Positions 8,609 to 17,681 of a stretch of DNA of 64,000 bases are shown here, piece by piece (within the stretch, counting starts at the first letter, position 1; each line of letters begins with the position of its first letter). The DNA is from an uncultured Bacteroidales bacterium. GTDB taxonomy: Bacteria > Bacteroidota > Bacteroidia > Bacteroidales > UBA4417. The stretch spans positions 64,871 to 128,870 of the forward strand of contig CALBZC010000026.1 in NCBI GenBank assembly GCA_937889945.1. Reading direction: 5' to 3'. The notes beneath the pieces were generated by a model that was not told the origin of the DNA, did not search any database, and worked only from the letters and a program-made list of their open reading frames with translations. The position numbers were made by a program, and so were the translations under genes.

Positions 8609-8796
8609 GTCCATTCTCCTTTCTTAAATATAATAAACGCAATAAATAAATGCGCATTTTTGTTTTTATTTAACCGATTTTCAACGACTTATAGTTCATT
8701 TTTGAAATTTTACCGCTAAATATATAATGCGTTTATTATATAAAGAGAACAGGATTGCTTGTGGGGCTGGGAGTGGGGAGCAGAGAAGTATTATAT

Positions 8797-8959
8797 GTTT
8801 CAATTCTACGATAGTGCAATTAAAAGCCTGATATGTTTTATCTCTTGAAGAATTTTTGTTGGAGTTTCAATTCTACGATAGTGCAATTAAAAGTTTGCCA
8901 TTTGCTCCTCGCGAGTAAGCAGAAAATTAGTTTCAATTCTACGATAGTGCAATTAAAAG
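8797..8959 (-). CRISPR. CRISPR array 2: 3 x 30-bp repeats, 2 spacers
   Basis: Identical repeats GTTTCAATTCTACGATAGTGCAATTAAAAG at 8797, 8864 and 8930, with spacers of 37 and 36 bp. It differs from the array-1 repeat at 5 internal positions (11, 13, 14, 17, 20). Same ATTGAAAC tag on the minus strand, and a leader copy follows immediately. Confidence 0.85.
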
Positions 8960-9116
8960 CCGTTATTTTTAAAAATACAACAGCCTAGTTTTATTGGGAT
9001 TCAGCGCGTTTTTTCTTCCACAAAAAGAACAAAAAGTTGTCGATGTGCCATGCTATAAAAATACCCGCTTATCGACAACTTTAATACATTTCTTTTATTT
9101 TCAGTATACCAATGAA
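8960..9116 (-). promoter_or_regulatory. CRISPR leader 2 (duplicate of leader 1)
   Basis: Near-identical to 6927-7050. Inverted repeat AAGTTGTCGAT (9034-9044) / ATCGACAACTT (9071-9081). The position equivalent to the leader-1 -7 box reads TCTTTTTG instead of TATTTTTG. Confidence 0.7.
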
Positions 9117-9408
9117 CTTTGCTTTTTATATTGTATGTAGGCAAAAAAACAAAATAGTTTTTACTTCTGCGACAAGTTTAAAAATAAATAGAACCATAAA
9201 AAAATGCAGCTTGTAAATACCCTTACAAAAATATAAGTCTTGACTGTACAAATTTACAAAAATAAAAAGCTACTCTGCCACTTTGACTTTATTTTATACG
9301 TGGCAGGCTATTTGTTATGTATAAACCGTAATTTTGAATTTTCCTGCTGATAAGATAATTTATTATCAGCGTATTCATAATTCATTAATTTAAAACTAGT
9401 TAACACTT

Positions 9409-10056
9409 ATGTTTAAAAACATGAAACATAAAAAAGAAAACGAAAACTTCTCGGGTGCATCTCAGGAGAATGAAAAAACTGACAATATAGCAGAAAATGA
9501 ATGCGGTGGCGAGGAAAATTGCGACAGCGAAACATATACGGGAGAAACCGAAAATCAAAATATAGAGGAAACGCAACACAATTCCATAACCGAAGAAACG
9601 ACTTTTAAAGAAAAAGAAGCGGATTATCAAAAAAAGATAGCCGAGAGTAATGATAAATACCTCCGTTTATATTCCGAGTTCGATAATTTTCGCAAACGAA
9701 GCTTGCGCGAACGTATAGAGCTAAGCAAAACCGCGTCGGAAGATATTATCAAGGATCTTTTGCCCATATTGGACGATTTTGACAGAGCGGCGGCTACCAA
9801 AAACGAAAATGGTGAAAATATAGTAGATGAGGGTATCTTACTGATTATATCAAAGTTAAAGAAAACCCTTGCCAATAAAGGCTTAAAGGAAATGACTTCG
9901 ATAGGTGAGGATTTTAATACCGATTTCCACGAAGCTATTACTACCATTCCGGCTCCTACGGAAGAACAAAAAAATAAGATTATCGACGAAATAGAAAAAG
10001 GTTATTCGCTCAACGATAAGGTTATTCGCTTTGCAAAAGTTGTGATTGGCGCATAA
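9409..10056 (+). CDS. grpE: nucleotide exchange factor GrpE
   Basis: 215 aa. Acidic low-complexity N-terminus, then the GrpE core (YLRLYSEFDNFRKR ... DFNTDFHEAI ... GYSLNDKVIRFAKV). Followed by dnaJ. Confidence 0.9.
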   Translation: MFKNMKHKKENENFSGASQENEKTDNIAENECGGEENCDSETYTGETENQNIEETQHNSITEETTFKEKEADYQKKIAESNDKYLRLYSEFDNFRKRSLRERIELSKTASEDIIKDLLPILDDFDRAAATKNENGENIVDEGILLIISKLKKTLANKGLKEMTSIGEDFNTDFHEAITTIPAPTEEQKNKIIDEIEKGYSLNDKVIRFAKVVIGA

Positions 10057-10173
10057 AAAACAGAAATTGAAAAATCAAAAGCGAATATGATGAAAAGGAT
10101 GAAAAATAAATATTATATATTAAATATTTTATAGTTTCATTCACTATATTTACTCTACTACTAACAAAAAAAG

Positions 10174-11358
10174 TTGACAGTGGCAACAAAACGCGATTAT
10201 TACGAAATATTAGAAGTTTCAAAAGATGTAAACGATGCGGACTTGAAAAAAGCGTATCGCAAAATGGCTTTAAAGTATCATCCCGACAGAAATCCCGACA
10301 ACAAAGAGGCTGAAGCAAAATTTAAGGAGGCTGCCGAGGCTTATGAAGTCCTCAGCGACCCCGAAAAACGTAAACGATACGACTCTTTCGGTCATGACGG
10401 ACTCAAAGGAGGCGCCGGCGGTTTTAGCGGTGGTGGCATGAATATGGAAGATATATTCAGCCATTTTGGCGACATCTTCGGCGGTGCTTTTGGCGGTGCC
10501 TTTAGTGGTTTTGGCGGCAGCGGAAGAGCCCAATCGCGTGGTGGTAGGCGCGTAGCGCGCGGAAGCAACCTGCGCATTAAAGTGAGGCTGACGCTGGAGG
10601 AAATAAACGCCGGTGTAGAGAAAAAATTAAAAGTAAATAAATATGTAAGTTGTTCACACTGCAAGGGAAGTGGCGCGGAAAGCGGTTCAGGAGTAGCAAC
10701 CTGTCCCACCTGTAACGGAACAGGGCATGTAACAAGAGTTACCAACACCTTTTTGGGACAAATGCAAACATCATCCGTATGCCCTGAATGTGGAGGCGAA
10801 GGACAAATTATAAAAAATAAATGCAAGCAATGTGGTGGTAACGGCATTGTAAAAGGTGAAGAGGTAATAAGCGTGAACATTCCCGCGGGCGTATCGGAAG
10901 GCATGCAGCTTTCCGTGAGCGGCAAAGGAAATGCTGCGCCACGAGGAGGTATTCCGGGCGATTTAATCGTGCAAATTGAAGAAATACCACATGAAACCTT
11001 GCACAGGGAAGGGAATAATCTTTTCTACGATTTGTATGTGAGCATGCCCGATGCTGCATTAGGCGCATCAGTAGATATTCCTACCCTTGACGGGAAAGCA
11101 CGTATTAAAGTAGAAGCCGGAACCCAAGCAGGACGCGTATTGCGATTAAAAGGGAAAGGCTTACCTCCAATCAATTCATACGGAAGTGGATACGGCAAAG
11201 GCGATTTATTGGTAACCGTGAACGTATGGACACCCAGAAATCTTTCAAAACAAGAAAAAGAAATGCTTGAAAACTTACGCAATTCCGAAAGCTTTAAACC
11301 TAAGCCGGACAGCAAGGACAAAAGTTTTTTCGACCGCGTGAAAGAGTATTTCGAATAA
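10174..11358 (+). CDS. dnaJ: molecular chaperone DnaJ
   Basis: J domain with HPD (KYHPDRNPD), a G/F-rich linker, and four CxxCxGxG zinc-finger motifs ([32 protein letters not shown]). Start is TTG at 10174 or GTG at 10180 (MATKRDYYE). Confidence 0.95.
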   Translation: MTVATKRDYYEILEVSKDVNDADLKKAYRKMALKYHPDRNPDNKEAEAKFKEAAEAYEVLSDPEKRKRYDSFGHDGLKGGAGGFSGGGMNMEDIFSHFGDIFGGAFGGAFSGFGGSGRAQSRGGRRVARGSNLRIKVRLTLEEINAGVEKKLKVNKYVSCSHCKGSGAESGSGVATCPTCNGTGHVTRVTNTFLGQMQTSSVCPECGGEGQIIKNKCKQCGGNGIVKGEEVISVNIPAGVSEGMQLSVSGKGNAAPRGGIPGDLIVQIEEIPHETLHREGNNLFYDLYVSMPDAALGASVDIPTLDGKARIKVEAGTQAGRVLRLKGKGLPPINSYGSGYGKGDLLVTVNVWTPRNLSKQEKEMLENLRNSESFKPKPDSKDKSFFDRVKEYFE

Positions 11359-11365
11359 ATTAACG

Positions 11366-11393
11366 AAAAGCAACTATAAAGGTTGCTTTTTTT
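11366..11393 (+). terminator. rho-independent terminator after dnaJ
   Basis: Stem GCAAC (11370-11374) / GTTGC (11382-11386), extended by A/T pairs. 7-nt loop, followed by a T7 run. Confidence 0.55.
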
Positions 11394-11467
11394 ATTTTTG
11401 CCACATTCCATGTTTATAAGATTTGTATTTTTACACACATATATACACATAATACGCTTATTACTTT

Positions 11468-12403
11468 ATGATATTACAAGCAGAGTCGGTTACTAAACAA
11501 TATGGAGACTACACCGCCCTTGACCACCTGGATTTAAACATCCCGGAAAACAGCATCTTCGGCTTATTAGGACCCAACGGAGCAGGAAAAACTACCTTTA
11601 TCCGCATTGTCAACCAAATTACGGCGCCCGACCAGGGGCGGGTTATATTCAAAGGAGAACAACTCAATCCCAACCACATATCCCAAATAGGCTATTTGCC
11701 CGAAGAGCGCGGATTATACAAGAAAATGAAAGTGGGCGAGCAGGCTTTGTATTTGGCGCAGCTTAAAGGGCTTAGCATGCACGAAGCCAAAATACGCCTA
11801 AAAAAATGGTTCGAGAAATTTGAAATTCAATCGTGGTGGGACAAAAAGGTAGAAGAATTATCTAAAGGCATGCAGCAAAAAATACAATTTGTGGTTACGG
11901 TTGTGCATGAGCCCAAGCTACTTATCTTTGACGAGCCTTTCAGTGGTTTTGACCCTATTAACGTGAATTTGCTGCGGGACGAAATCCTGGAACTGCGCAA
12001 AAACGGAGCTACCATCATTTTTTCTACACATAATATGGCATCGGTAGAAGAACTCTGCGACAGCATAGCCCTTATCAATAAGTCGAAAAAAATACTGGAC
12101 GGACAAGTAAAAGAAATACGCCGCAAATATTTTACCCATAGCTACAATATTGAATATACCGAAAAAGAAGGCAATGCATTCTCTTTAGAATCGTTAGGTT
12201 ATGAAGTATTAACTTCAAAGTCGCAAGCCGAGAGCAAAACAGCTACCATCAGGATTCCTGAAAACATGCCTGCAAACAATTTGTTGGGCGAACTTTTACC
12301 ACACGTGAATGTTACTGCCTTCAGCGAGCTTATTCCCTCAATGAATGATGTGTTTATATCTGCCGTAAAGTCCGTAAATGCCAATCATATTTTAGAATCC
12401 TAA
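11468..12403 (+). CDS. ABC transporter ATP-binding protein (ABC-2 exporter type)
   Basis: Walker A GPNGAGKTT, signature LSKGMQQKI, Walker B LLIFDEPF. Followed by an ABC-2 permease. Confidence 0.85.
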   Translation: MILQAESVTKQYGDYTALDHLDLNIPENSIFGLLGPNGAGKTTFIRIVNQITAPDQGRVIFKGEQLNPNHISQIGYLPEERGLYKKMKVGEQALYLAQLKGLSMHEAKIRLKKWFEKFEIQSWWDKKVEELSKGMQQKIQFVVTVVHEPKLLIFDEPFSGFDPINVNLLRDEILELRKNGATIIFSTHNMASVEELCDSIALINKSKKILDGQVKEIRRKYFTHSYNIEYTEKEGNAFSLESLGYEVLTSKSQAESKTATIRIPENMPANNLLGELLPHVNVTAFSELIPSMNDVFISAVKSVNANHILES

Positions 12404-12419
12404 AAGCCTGAAAAATACT

Positions 12420-13817
12420 ATGGATAAAATACTTTTAATCATAAAACGCGAATATTTAACAAGAGTAAAAAAACGCTCATTTGTGGTAATGACATTTTTG
12501 GGTCCCATCCTCATGGCGGCATTGTTTATTGTGCCTGCATACATTGCCATGCGCGATAAGGAAAAAGAAAATGTTACCATCGTGGACGAAACGGGGATAT
12601 TTGCTTCTAAATTTAAAAACACGGAGAATTACACCTTTTTTGTATCGAACGAAAAATTTGCCGACGCCAAAGCCAAATTAAGCAAAACAAAGGATTATGT
12701 GCTGTTGTACATACCTTCTACTAAACTGAATGTGCCTAATGATGCTTTGCTATATTCTGATAAGCAGCCCTCTCTATCGCTCAAAGAGCATGTAGAACGC
12801 ATTATGAATAAAGAGGTTGAGCAATTGAAACTGGCTGCCGAGATACGCAAAGAGCTTATACGTTTTTCGCCCAACTATGCCAAAACCGGAGATACCACCG
12901 CACAGGATTATGCCAGCGAGCGTATTCTTAAAAATATAAATTCCGACATAAAAATTACTTCTTTTAAGATAGATGAAGACGGTAACGAAAAAAAAAGCAT
13001 GACAGAGCTAAATATGATTATCGGCTATATTGCAAGCTTAACGATATATATGTTTATTTTTATGTTTGGCGCGCAAGTAATGCGAGGAGTAATTGAAGAA
13101 AAAACAAACCGTATTGTGGAAGTTATTATTTCCTCGGTAAAACCTTTTCAGCTTATGGCGGGAAAAATAATAGGCATCGCGTTGGTAGGACTTACACAAT
13201 TTGTGCTTTGGATTGTTTTTACGTTTGTTATCGTAACGGCAGTAACATCAGCCTTTCCGGAAACCTTTGGCAAACCTGCAACTACACAACAAATGGTAAT
13301 GCAAAACAATACCAACAACCCTATCAGCACTGCCAATACACAAACTGCGGAAAACAACGTGTTGCACGAAGCTTTATCAAGCCTAAGTTCAATTAATTTA
13401 CCCGTTATGCTTATCAGCTTTCTTATCTATTTTCTGTTCGGTTATCTACTATATGGAGCATTGTTTGCTGCCATCGGGGGGGCGGTGGACAACGAAACAG
13501 ACTCGCAACAGTTTATGATGCCTATCACCATTCCACTTATTTTAGCTATTGTAATGGCACAAACCGTTATTCAAAACCCCAACAGCAGCTTATCATGGTG
13601 GCTGTCCATGATTCCTTTTACCTCTCCTGTTATTATGATGGTGCGCATCCCTTTTGGCGTGCCCGTTTCACAAATTATACTTTCGGTAATTTTACTTATC
13701 GGCGGCTTTATATTCACAACATGGATTGCAGCTAAAATATTCAGGGTAGGAATTTTGATGTACGGTAAAAAAGTAAATTATCGCGAATTGTGGAAATGGA
13801 TACGATATAAAGGATAG
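12420..13817 (+). CDS. ABC-2 family transporter permease
   Basis: 465 aa. One N-terminal TM helix, a large extracytoplasmic loop, then about 5 C-terminal TM helices. 16 bp downstream of the ATPase gene. Confidence 0.75.
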   Translation: MDKILLIIKREYLTRVKKRSFVVMTFLGPILMAALFIVPAYIAMRDKEKENVTIVDETGIFASKFKNTENYTFFVSNEKFADAKAKLSKTKDYVLLYIPSTKLNVPNDALLYSDKQPSLSLKEHVERIMNKEVEQLKLAAEIRKELIRFSPNYAKTGDTTAQDYASERILKNINSDIKITSFKIDEDGNEKKSMTELNMIIGYIASLTIYMFIFMFGAQVMRGVIEEKTNRIVEVIISSVKPFQLMAGKIIGIALVGLTQFVLWIVFTFVIVTAVTSAFPETFGKPATTQQMVMQNNTNNPISTANTQTAENNVLHEALSSLSSINLPVMLISFLIYFLFGYLLYGALFAAIGGAVDNETDSQQFMMPITIPLILAIVMAQTVIQNPNSSLSWWLSMIPFTSPVIMMVRIPFGVPVSQIILSVILLIGGFIFTTWIAAKIFRVGILMYGKKVNYRELWKWIRYKG

Positions 13818-13822
13818 TGCCG

Positions 13823-13830
13823 TACCTTTG
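13823..13830 (+). promoter_or_regulatory. candidate Bacteroidota -7 promoter box (TACCTTTG)
   Basis: Matches TAnnTTTG, 32 nt upstream of the ATG at 13862. Confidence 0.45.
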
Positions 13831-13861
13831 CATTCTTATTTTTGATTTAATTTAGTAAAAC

Positions 13862-15028
13862 ATGACAAAAATATTAATTATAGATGATGAAAAAACCATA
13901 AGGGATGCCCTGCGCGAAATACTGGAGTATGAGAAATACCAAGTAGAAGAAGCTCCTGATGGCATAAAAGGTTTGGAAATTATAGAAAAAGAAATTTTTG
14001 ACGTTATTCTTTGCGATATAAAAATGCCGCAAATGGATGGTATTGAAGTATTGGAAAAAGCGCAGAAAATAACTGATACGCCCGTTGTAATGATATCTGG
14101 ACACGGGACCATAGAAACAGCCGTGGAAGCCATCCGCAAAGGCGCCTATGATTATATTGCCAAACCACTTGATTTAAACCGCTTGCTGATTACCTTACGC
14201 AATGCCATTGAAAAAGCCAATCTGGTTACCGAAACCAAAGTGCTGAAACGTAAGGTAAGCAAACAATACGAAATGATTGGCGATGCACCTGCCATTATGC
14301 ATATTAAAGAAATGATAGACAAAGTGGCGGCTACCGATGCCCGTGTGCTTATCACGGGCGAAAACGGAACAGGTAAAGAACTGGTTGCACGCTGGCTACA
14401 CGAAAAAAGCAATCGAGCCAATGGTCCTTTTGTAGAAGTAAACTGTGCCGCCATACCATCGGAATTGATAGAAAGCGTATTGTTCGGGCACGAAAAAGGT
14501 TCGTTTACCTCCGCCATAAAACAGCGCAAGGGCGATTTTGAACAAGCCATGAACGGCACTATCTTTTTGGACGAGATTGGCGACATGAGTCTTTCCGCGC
14601 AAGCTAAAGTGCTGAGGGCTTTACAGGAAAACAAAATTATGCGCGTGGGCGGCGAAAAGGAAATTCCTATCGACGTACGCATAGTAGCAGCCACAAACAA
14701 AAACTTACAAGAAGAAATTAAAAATAAAAATTTCAGGGAAGATTTATACCACAGGCTAAGCGTTATATTAATTGAAGTGCCCACCTTGGTAGAACGTAAG
14801 GAAGATATACCGCAACTTGCCGATCATTTTATGCAGCAAGTATCCGAAAATAACGGAAAGGCGCCTATAACTTTTACAAAAGAAGCCTACGAAGAGTTAA
14901 AGAAATTGCCTTGGACAGGAAATATACGTGAATTACGCAACGTGGTGGAACGTTTAGTGATTTTATGCGATAAACAAATAACACAGGATGATGTAAAGCG
15001 CTATGCGCATCATTCCTATAAAAATTAA
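13862..15028 (+). CDS. sigma-54-dependent response regulator (REC + AAA+), no recognisable C-terminal HTH
   Basis: Receiver domain (DVILCDIKMPQMDG). AAA+ domain with Walker A GENGTGKE, Walker B FLDEIG, sigma-54 contact loop GSFTSA (variant of GAFTGA) and R-finger region IRELRNVVERL. The protein ends about 20 aa after the AAA+ lid. Confidence 0.85.
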   Translation: MTKILIIDDEKTIRDALREILEYEKYQVEEAPDGIKGLEIIEKEIFDVILCDIKMPQMDGIEVLEKAQKITDTPVVMISGHGTIETAVEAIRKGAYDYIAKPLDLNRLLITLRNAIEKANLVTETKVLKRKVSKQYEMIGDAPAIMHIKEMIDKVAATDARVLITGENGTGKELVARWLHEKSNRANGPFVEVNCAAIPSELIESVLFGHEKGSFTSAIKQRKGDFEQAMNGTIFLDEIGDMSLSAQAKVLRALQENKIMRVGGEKEIPIDVRIVAATNKNLQEEIKNKNFREDLYHRLSVILIEVPTLVERKEDIPQLADHFMQQVSENNGKAPITFTKEAYEELKKLPWTGNIRELRNVVERLVILCDKQITQDDVKRYAHHSYKN

Positions 15029-15029
15029 C

Positions 15030-16157
15030 ATGATGAAATTTAAACCGGGAGATAAAGTTCGCTTTTTGAATGCGACAGGAGGAGGTATTGTAGTTTCCGA
15101 AATTAACAGTTTAATGGTTTCTGTAGCCATTGAAGATGGATTCGAAATTCCTACTTTGATAAGCGATTTGGTGCTTATTGAAGAAAAAGGAGCTTCGGGA
15201 AATCTGTTTATGGACAAAAAAGACACCAACCCATATCCGCAACCCACTAAAAATAAAAACGAGGAAACACCTCTAAAAAAAGAAGCGGAGAAAAAAGAAT
15301 ATGCTTGGGAACCTGAAAGTCAGGTGAAAATAAAGGCAGATGCGGAAAATAAAAATATTTCGGGAAAGGGAATTTATCTTGCATGGGCTCCCGTTGACCA
15401 ATCGCAGGTTTTAACATCCTTACTTAATATTTATCTTGTCAACTATACTTCCTATGACATCCTTTTCAATTTGTTTCTCCGCAACGATAGCGGGTCGTAT
15501 GAAGGACAAGATTTCGGGTCTATTGCGCCCCACACCAAAATTATTATCGACACCATACATCGCGAAGATATTTTGCGGTGGACTGAGGGAAACATGCAGC
15601 TGATGTTTCACGAAAACACCATGCAATCCGTTATTCCTCCGGCAGATGTGCACTTCAAAGTTAAAGGCTCTCTTTTCTACTCCGAGAATGCTTTTAAAGA
15701 AACTGACATTTTAACGGGTAATAAGTCCATTGTTTATACCATTTGGCAAAAAGACCAACTCACAAAAATAGCGGCAAAAGACTACGACGAAAAACACGAC
15801 AATGAACCTTTAACACTCACCGCTAAACGCTTTGCTCCTGAAGAAGGTATTAAAAAACACCAGACCAAACCTTATGAAGCCGAGGTAGATTTGCATATTT
15901 CAGCCTTGCGCGAAGTTTATCAATACCTTAAACCTCACGAAATATTTACTATACAAATACGCTATTTTGAGCGCATGCTGGAAAGCGCTATCGCGTTTAA
16001 ATTTCAGCGTGTTGTTTTTATTCATGGCATTGGCAACGGCATTTTACGCGAAGCCATTATCCAAAAAGTAAAGGAATACGAATCCATAGAACTGCGCAAT
16101 GCTTCTTTTGCCCAATACGGAAACGGAGCGTTAGAATTGATATTAAATGAAAAGTAG
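15030..16157 (+). CDS. Smr (MutS2 C-terminal-like) domain protein
   Basis: The ATG at 15030 (MMKFKPGDKVRF) lies 1 nt after the regulator stop; the track ORF starts at 15003. C-terminal Smr domain: EVDLHISAL ... VVFIHGIGNGILREAI. Confidence 0.75.
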   Translation: MMKFKPGDKVRFLNATGGGIVVSEINSLMVSVAIEDGFEIPTLISDLVLIEEKGASGNLFMDKKDTNPYPQPTKNKNEETPLKKEAEKKEYAWEPESQVKIKADAENKNISGKGIYLAWAPVDQSQVLTSLLNIYLVNYTSYDILFNLFLRNDSGSYEGQDFGSIAPHTKIIIDTIHREDILRWTEGNMQLMFHENTMQSVIPPADVHFKVKGSLFYSENAFKETDILTGNKSIVYTIWQKDQLTKIAAKDYDEKHDNEPLTLTAKRFAPEEGIKKHQTKPYEAEVDLHISALREVYQYLKPHEIFTIQIRYFERMLESAIAFKFQRVVFIHGIGNGILREAIIQKVKEYESIELRNASFAQYGNGALELILNEK

Positions 16158-16288
16158 TGTTTAGTGAAGAGTTATGAGTTAAAAGTTTATAGCTGTATTA
16201 TTTTGATTAATAAATGTTTACAAAAAATTTAAACACGCCATTTTAGCGTTAACTTAACACTATATTATGCTCTATAAATTATATAATT

Positions 16289-16777
16289 ATGGAATTTTCA
16301 GAAAAAGACAATCCAACTTTTGATCCGGATGCTCCTAAAATAAAGAACTTTCATCTTTTTGATTTCAATTTTAAATATAATATTGTTCAGTCTGAGGATG
16401 CAGTTAAACTATATTCAAGACAAGCCATATTAGCTTTTTCTATTCTTTTCTCTGTTTTGGCAGGTGGAATACTCACAGCTATCAATGCAAAAAAAATGGG
16501 AAGTAAAAAAGGCGCGTGGATTTCTGTTCTATATTCCATCTTATATATCTTTGTTTTTTTACTTATACTTTCACCGTTTAAGACAAACACAGGCATTACG
16601 TTTTTTGTTAATGGAATAGGAGGTTTATGCTTATCTAATATTATATGGGGAAAATACATTGGGAAGGAAACCCAATATAAGCCAAAAGCAATATGGATAC
16701 CTTTAATCGTGTGCCTTTTTATGGTTATAATTATGGTATGGGCAATTTTGGCTTCAGGCGAAATGGCTAATATGTAA
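16289..16777 (+). CDS. integral membrane protein, unknown function
   Basis: 162 aa with 4 predicted TM helices. Confidence 0.5.
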   Translation: MEFSEKDNPTFDPDAPKIKNFHLFDFNFKYNIVQSEDAVKLYSRQAILAFSILFSVLAGGILTAINAKKMGSKKGAWISVLYSILYIFVFLLILSPFKTNTGITFFVNGIGGLCLSNIIWGKYIGKETQYKPKAIWIPLIVCLFMVIIMVWAILASGEMANM

Positions 16778-16841
16778 GTTATTCCTGATAATTTAAAGTT
16801 TTAATAAACAAAAACAGCTTTTTTAATCATCCTTTTTTTCG

Positions 16842-16849
16842 TATCTTTG
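16842..16849 (+). promoter_or_regulatory. -7 promoter box (TATCTTTG) of rnpB
   Basis: Perfect TAnnTTTG a few nt upstream of the predicted RNase P RNA 5' end. Confidence 0.6.
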
Positions 16850-16852
16850 CAG

Positions 16853-17253
16853 CGGTAACAGCCTGTTCTATCGCGTTTTAATAAAACGAGGAAAGTCGGG
16901 ACAACATAGGGCGCCATACTTCCTAACGGGAAGGGTTTGCGGCTGAACACCGTGAATACAGCCAGTGCCACAGAAAATATACCGCCTTGCCCCAAAGCAA
17001 GGTAAGGGTGAAAACGTGAGGTAAGAGCTTACGCCACAGGATAGCAATATGCTGCGAGGGTAAACCTTATGGGTTGAAAGTCCAAATATACCGGGAGTGC
17101 CGTGCTTATGCACGGCGAAAGGGCTGCCCGCCCGATGCCCGGGGGGTAGGACGATAGAGGTTGCCGGCGACGGCAATCCTAGATAAATGATAGAAAGCAA
17201 AGAGCCGGCAACAGGCTCCGAAGCACAGAATCCCGCTTACAGGGCTGTTACCT
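16853..17253 (+). ncRNA. rnpB: RNase P RNA, bacterial type A
   Basis: Conserved blocks: GAGGAAAGTCGGGAC, GCCACAGAAAATATACCGCC, GGTAAGGGTGAAAACGTGAGGTAAGAGC, and ACAGAATCCCGCTTAC. The P1 helix forms from GGTAACAGCCTGT (16854-16866) pairing with ACAGGGCTGTTACC (17239-17252). A GC-rich island with no credible ORF. Confidence 0.93.
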
Positions 17254-17336
17254 AAAGTGTTGCATTATACAAGCACCCTCAGATGAACAAACATCTAAAC
17301 TCAAACGTTCACTTCTTATCATAACTTTTTATTGCT

Positions 17337-17681
17337 ATGGAACGTGTCATACAATTACAAACAGGTGCAAATAACAACGGAAGATTTTTTATTGAAGAAA
17401 ATAACAAACGTATTGCCGAACTCGACTTTGAGATGGACGGTGATATAATTAATGCTTACCATACCGGTGTGAGACACGAATTTGAAGGGCAAGGCATCGC
17501 CGCACAACTGGTGGATAAGTTGGTTGACTTTGCAAGAGAAAAACATTTGCAGGTTATACCCACTTGCTCCTATATTTTTGCAAAGTTCTCTCACAGTCCC
17601 TCAAAATATAAAGATGTGTGGCATAGGCATGCGGATGAACCCACGGGAAACAGTTGCGGCTTAAAAAGAAAATCCGACTGA
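17337..17681 (+). CDS. small GNAT-like N-acetyltransferase (YjdJ-type)
   Basis: 114 aa. Pattern FFIEENNKRIAELDF..INAYHTGV..EGQGIAAQLV..A....L.VIPTCSY is typical of the short GNAT-like family. Confidence 0.6.
   Translation: MERVIQLQTGANNNGRFFIEENNKRIAELDFEMDGDIINAYHTGVRHEFEGQGIAAQLVDKLVDFAREKHLQVIPTCSYIFAKFSHSPSKYKDVWHRHADEPTGNSCGLKRKSD

Noticed and set aside
8761-8790. G-rich stretch GTGGGGCTGGGAGTGGGGAGCAGAG just before array 2, considered as a possible G-quadruplex.
   Set aside because: It has only three G-runs of at least 3, which does not meet the four-run requirement.
10392-10925. 177-aa Pro-rich ORF antisense to dnaJ, plus similar long antisense ORFs inside other genes (for example 14152-14784, 46895-47455, 61279-61908).
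   Set aside because: They are fully embedded antisense in genes with unambiguous conserved motifs. Their composition (Pro/Ser/Leu-rich) is typical of antisense frames.
16801-17200. Minus-strand ORFs of 64 and 110 aa (16801-16995, 16868-17200).
   Set aside because: They lie antisense within the RNase P RNA gene, whose conserved blocks and P1 helix explain the region. The GC-rich structured RNA gives spurious open frames.
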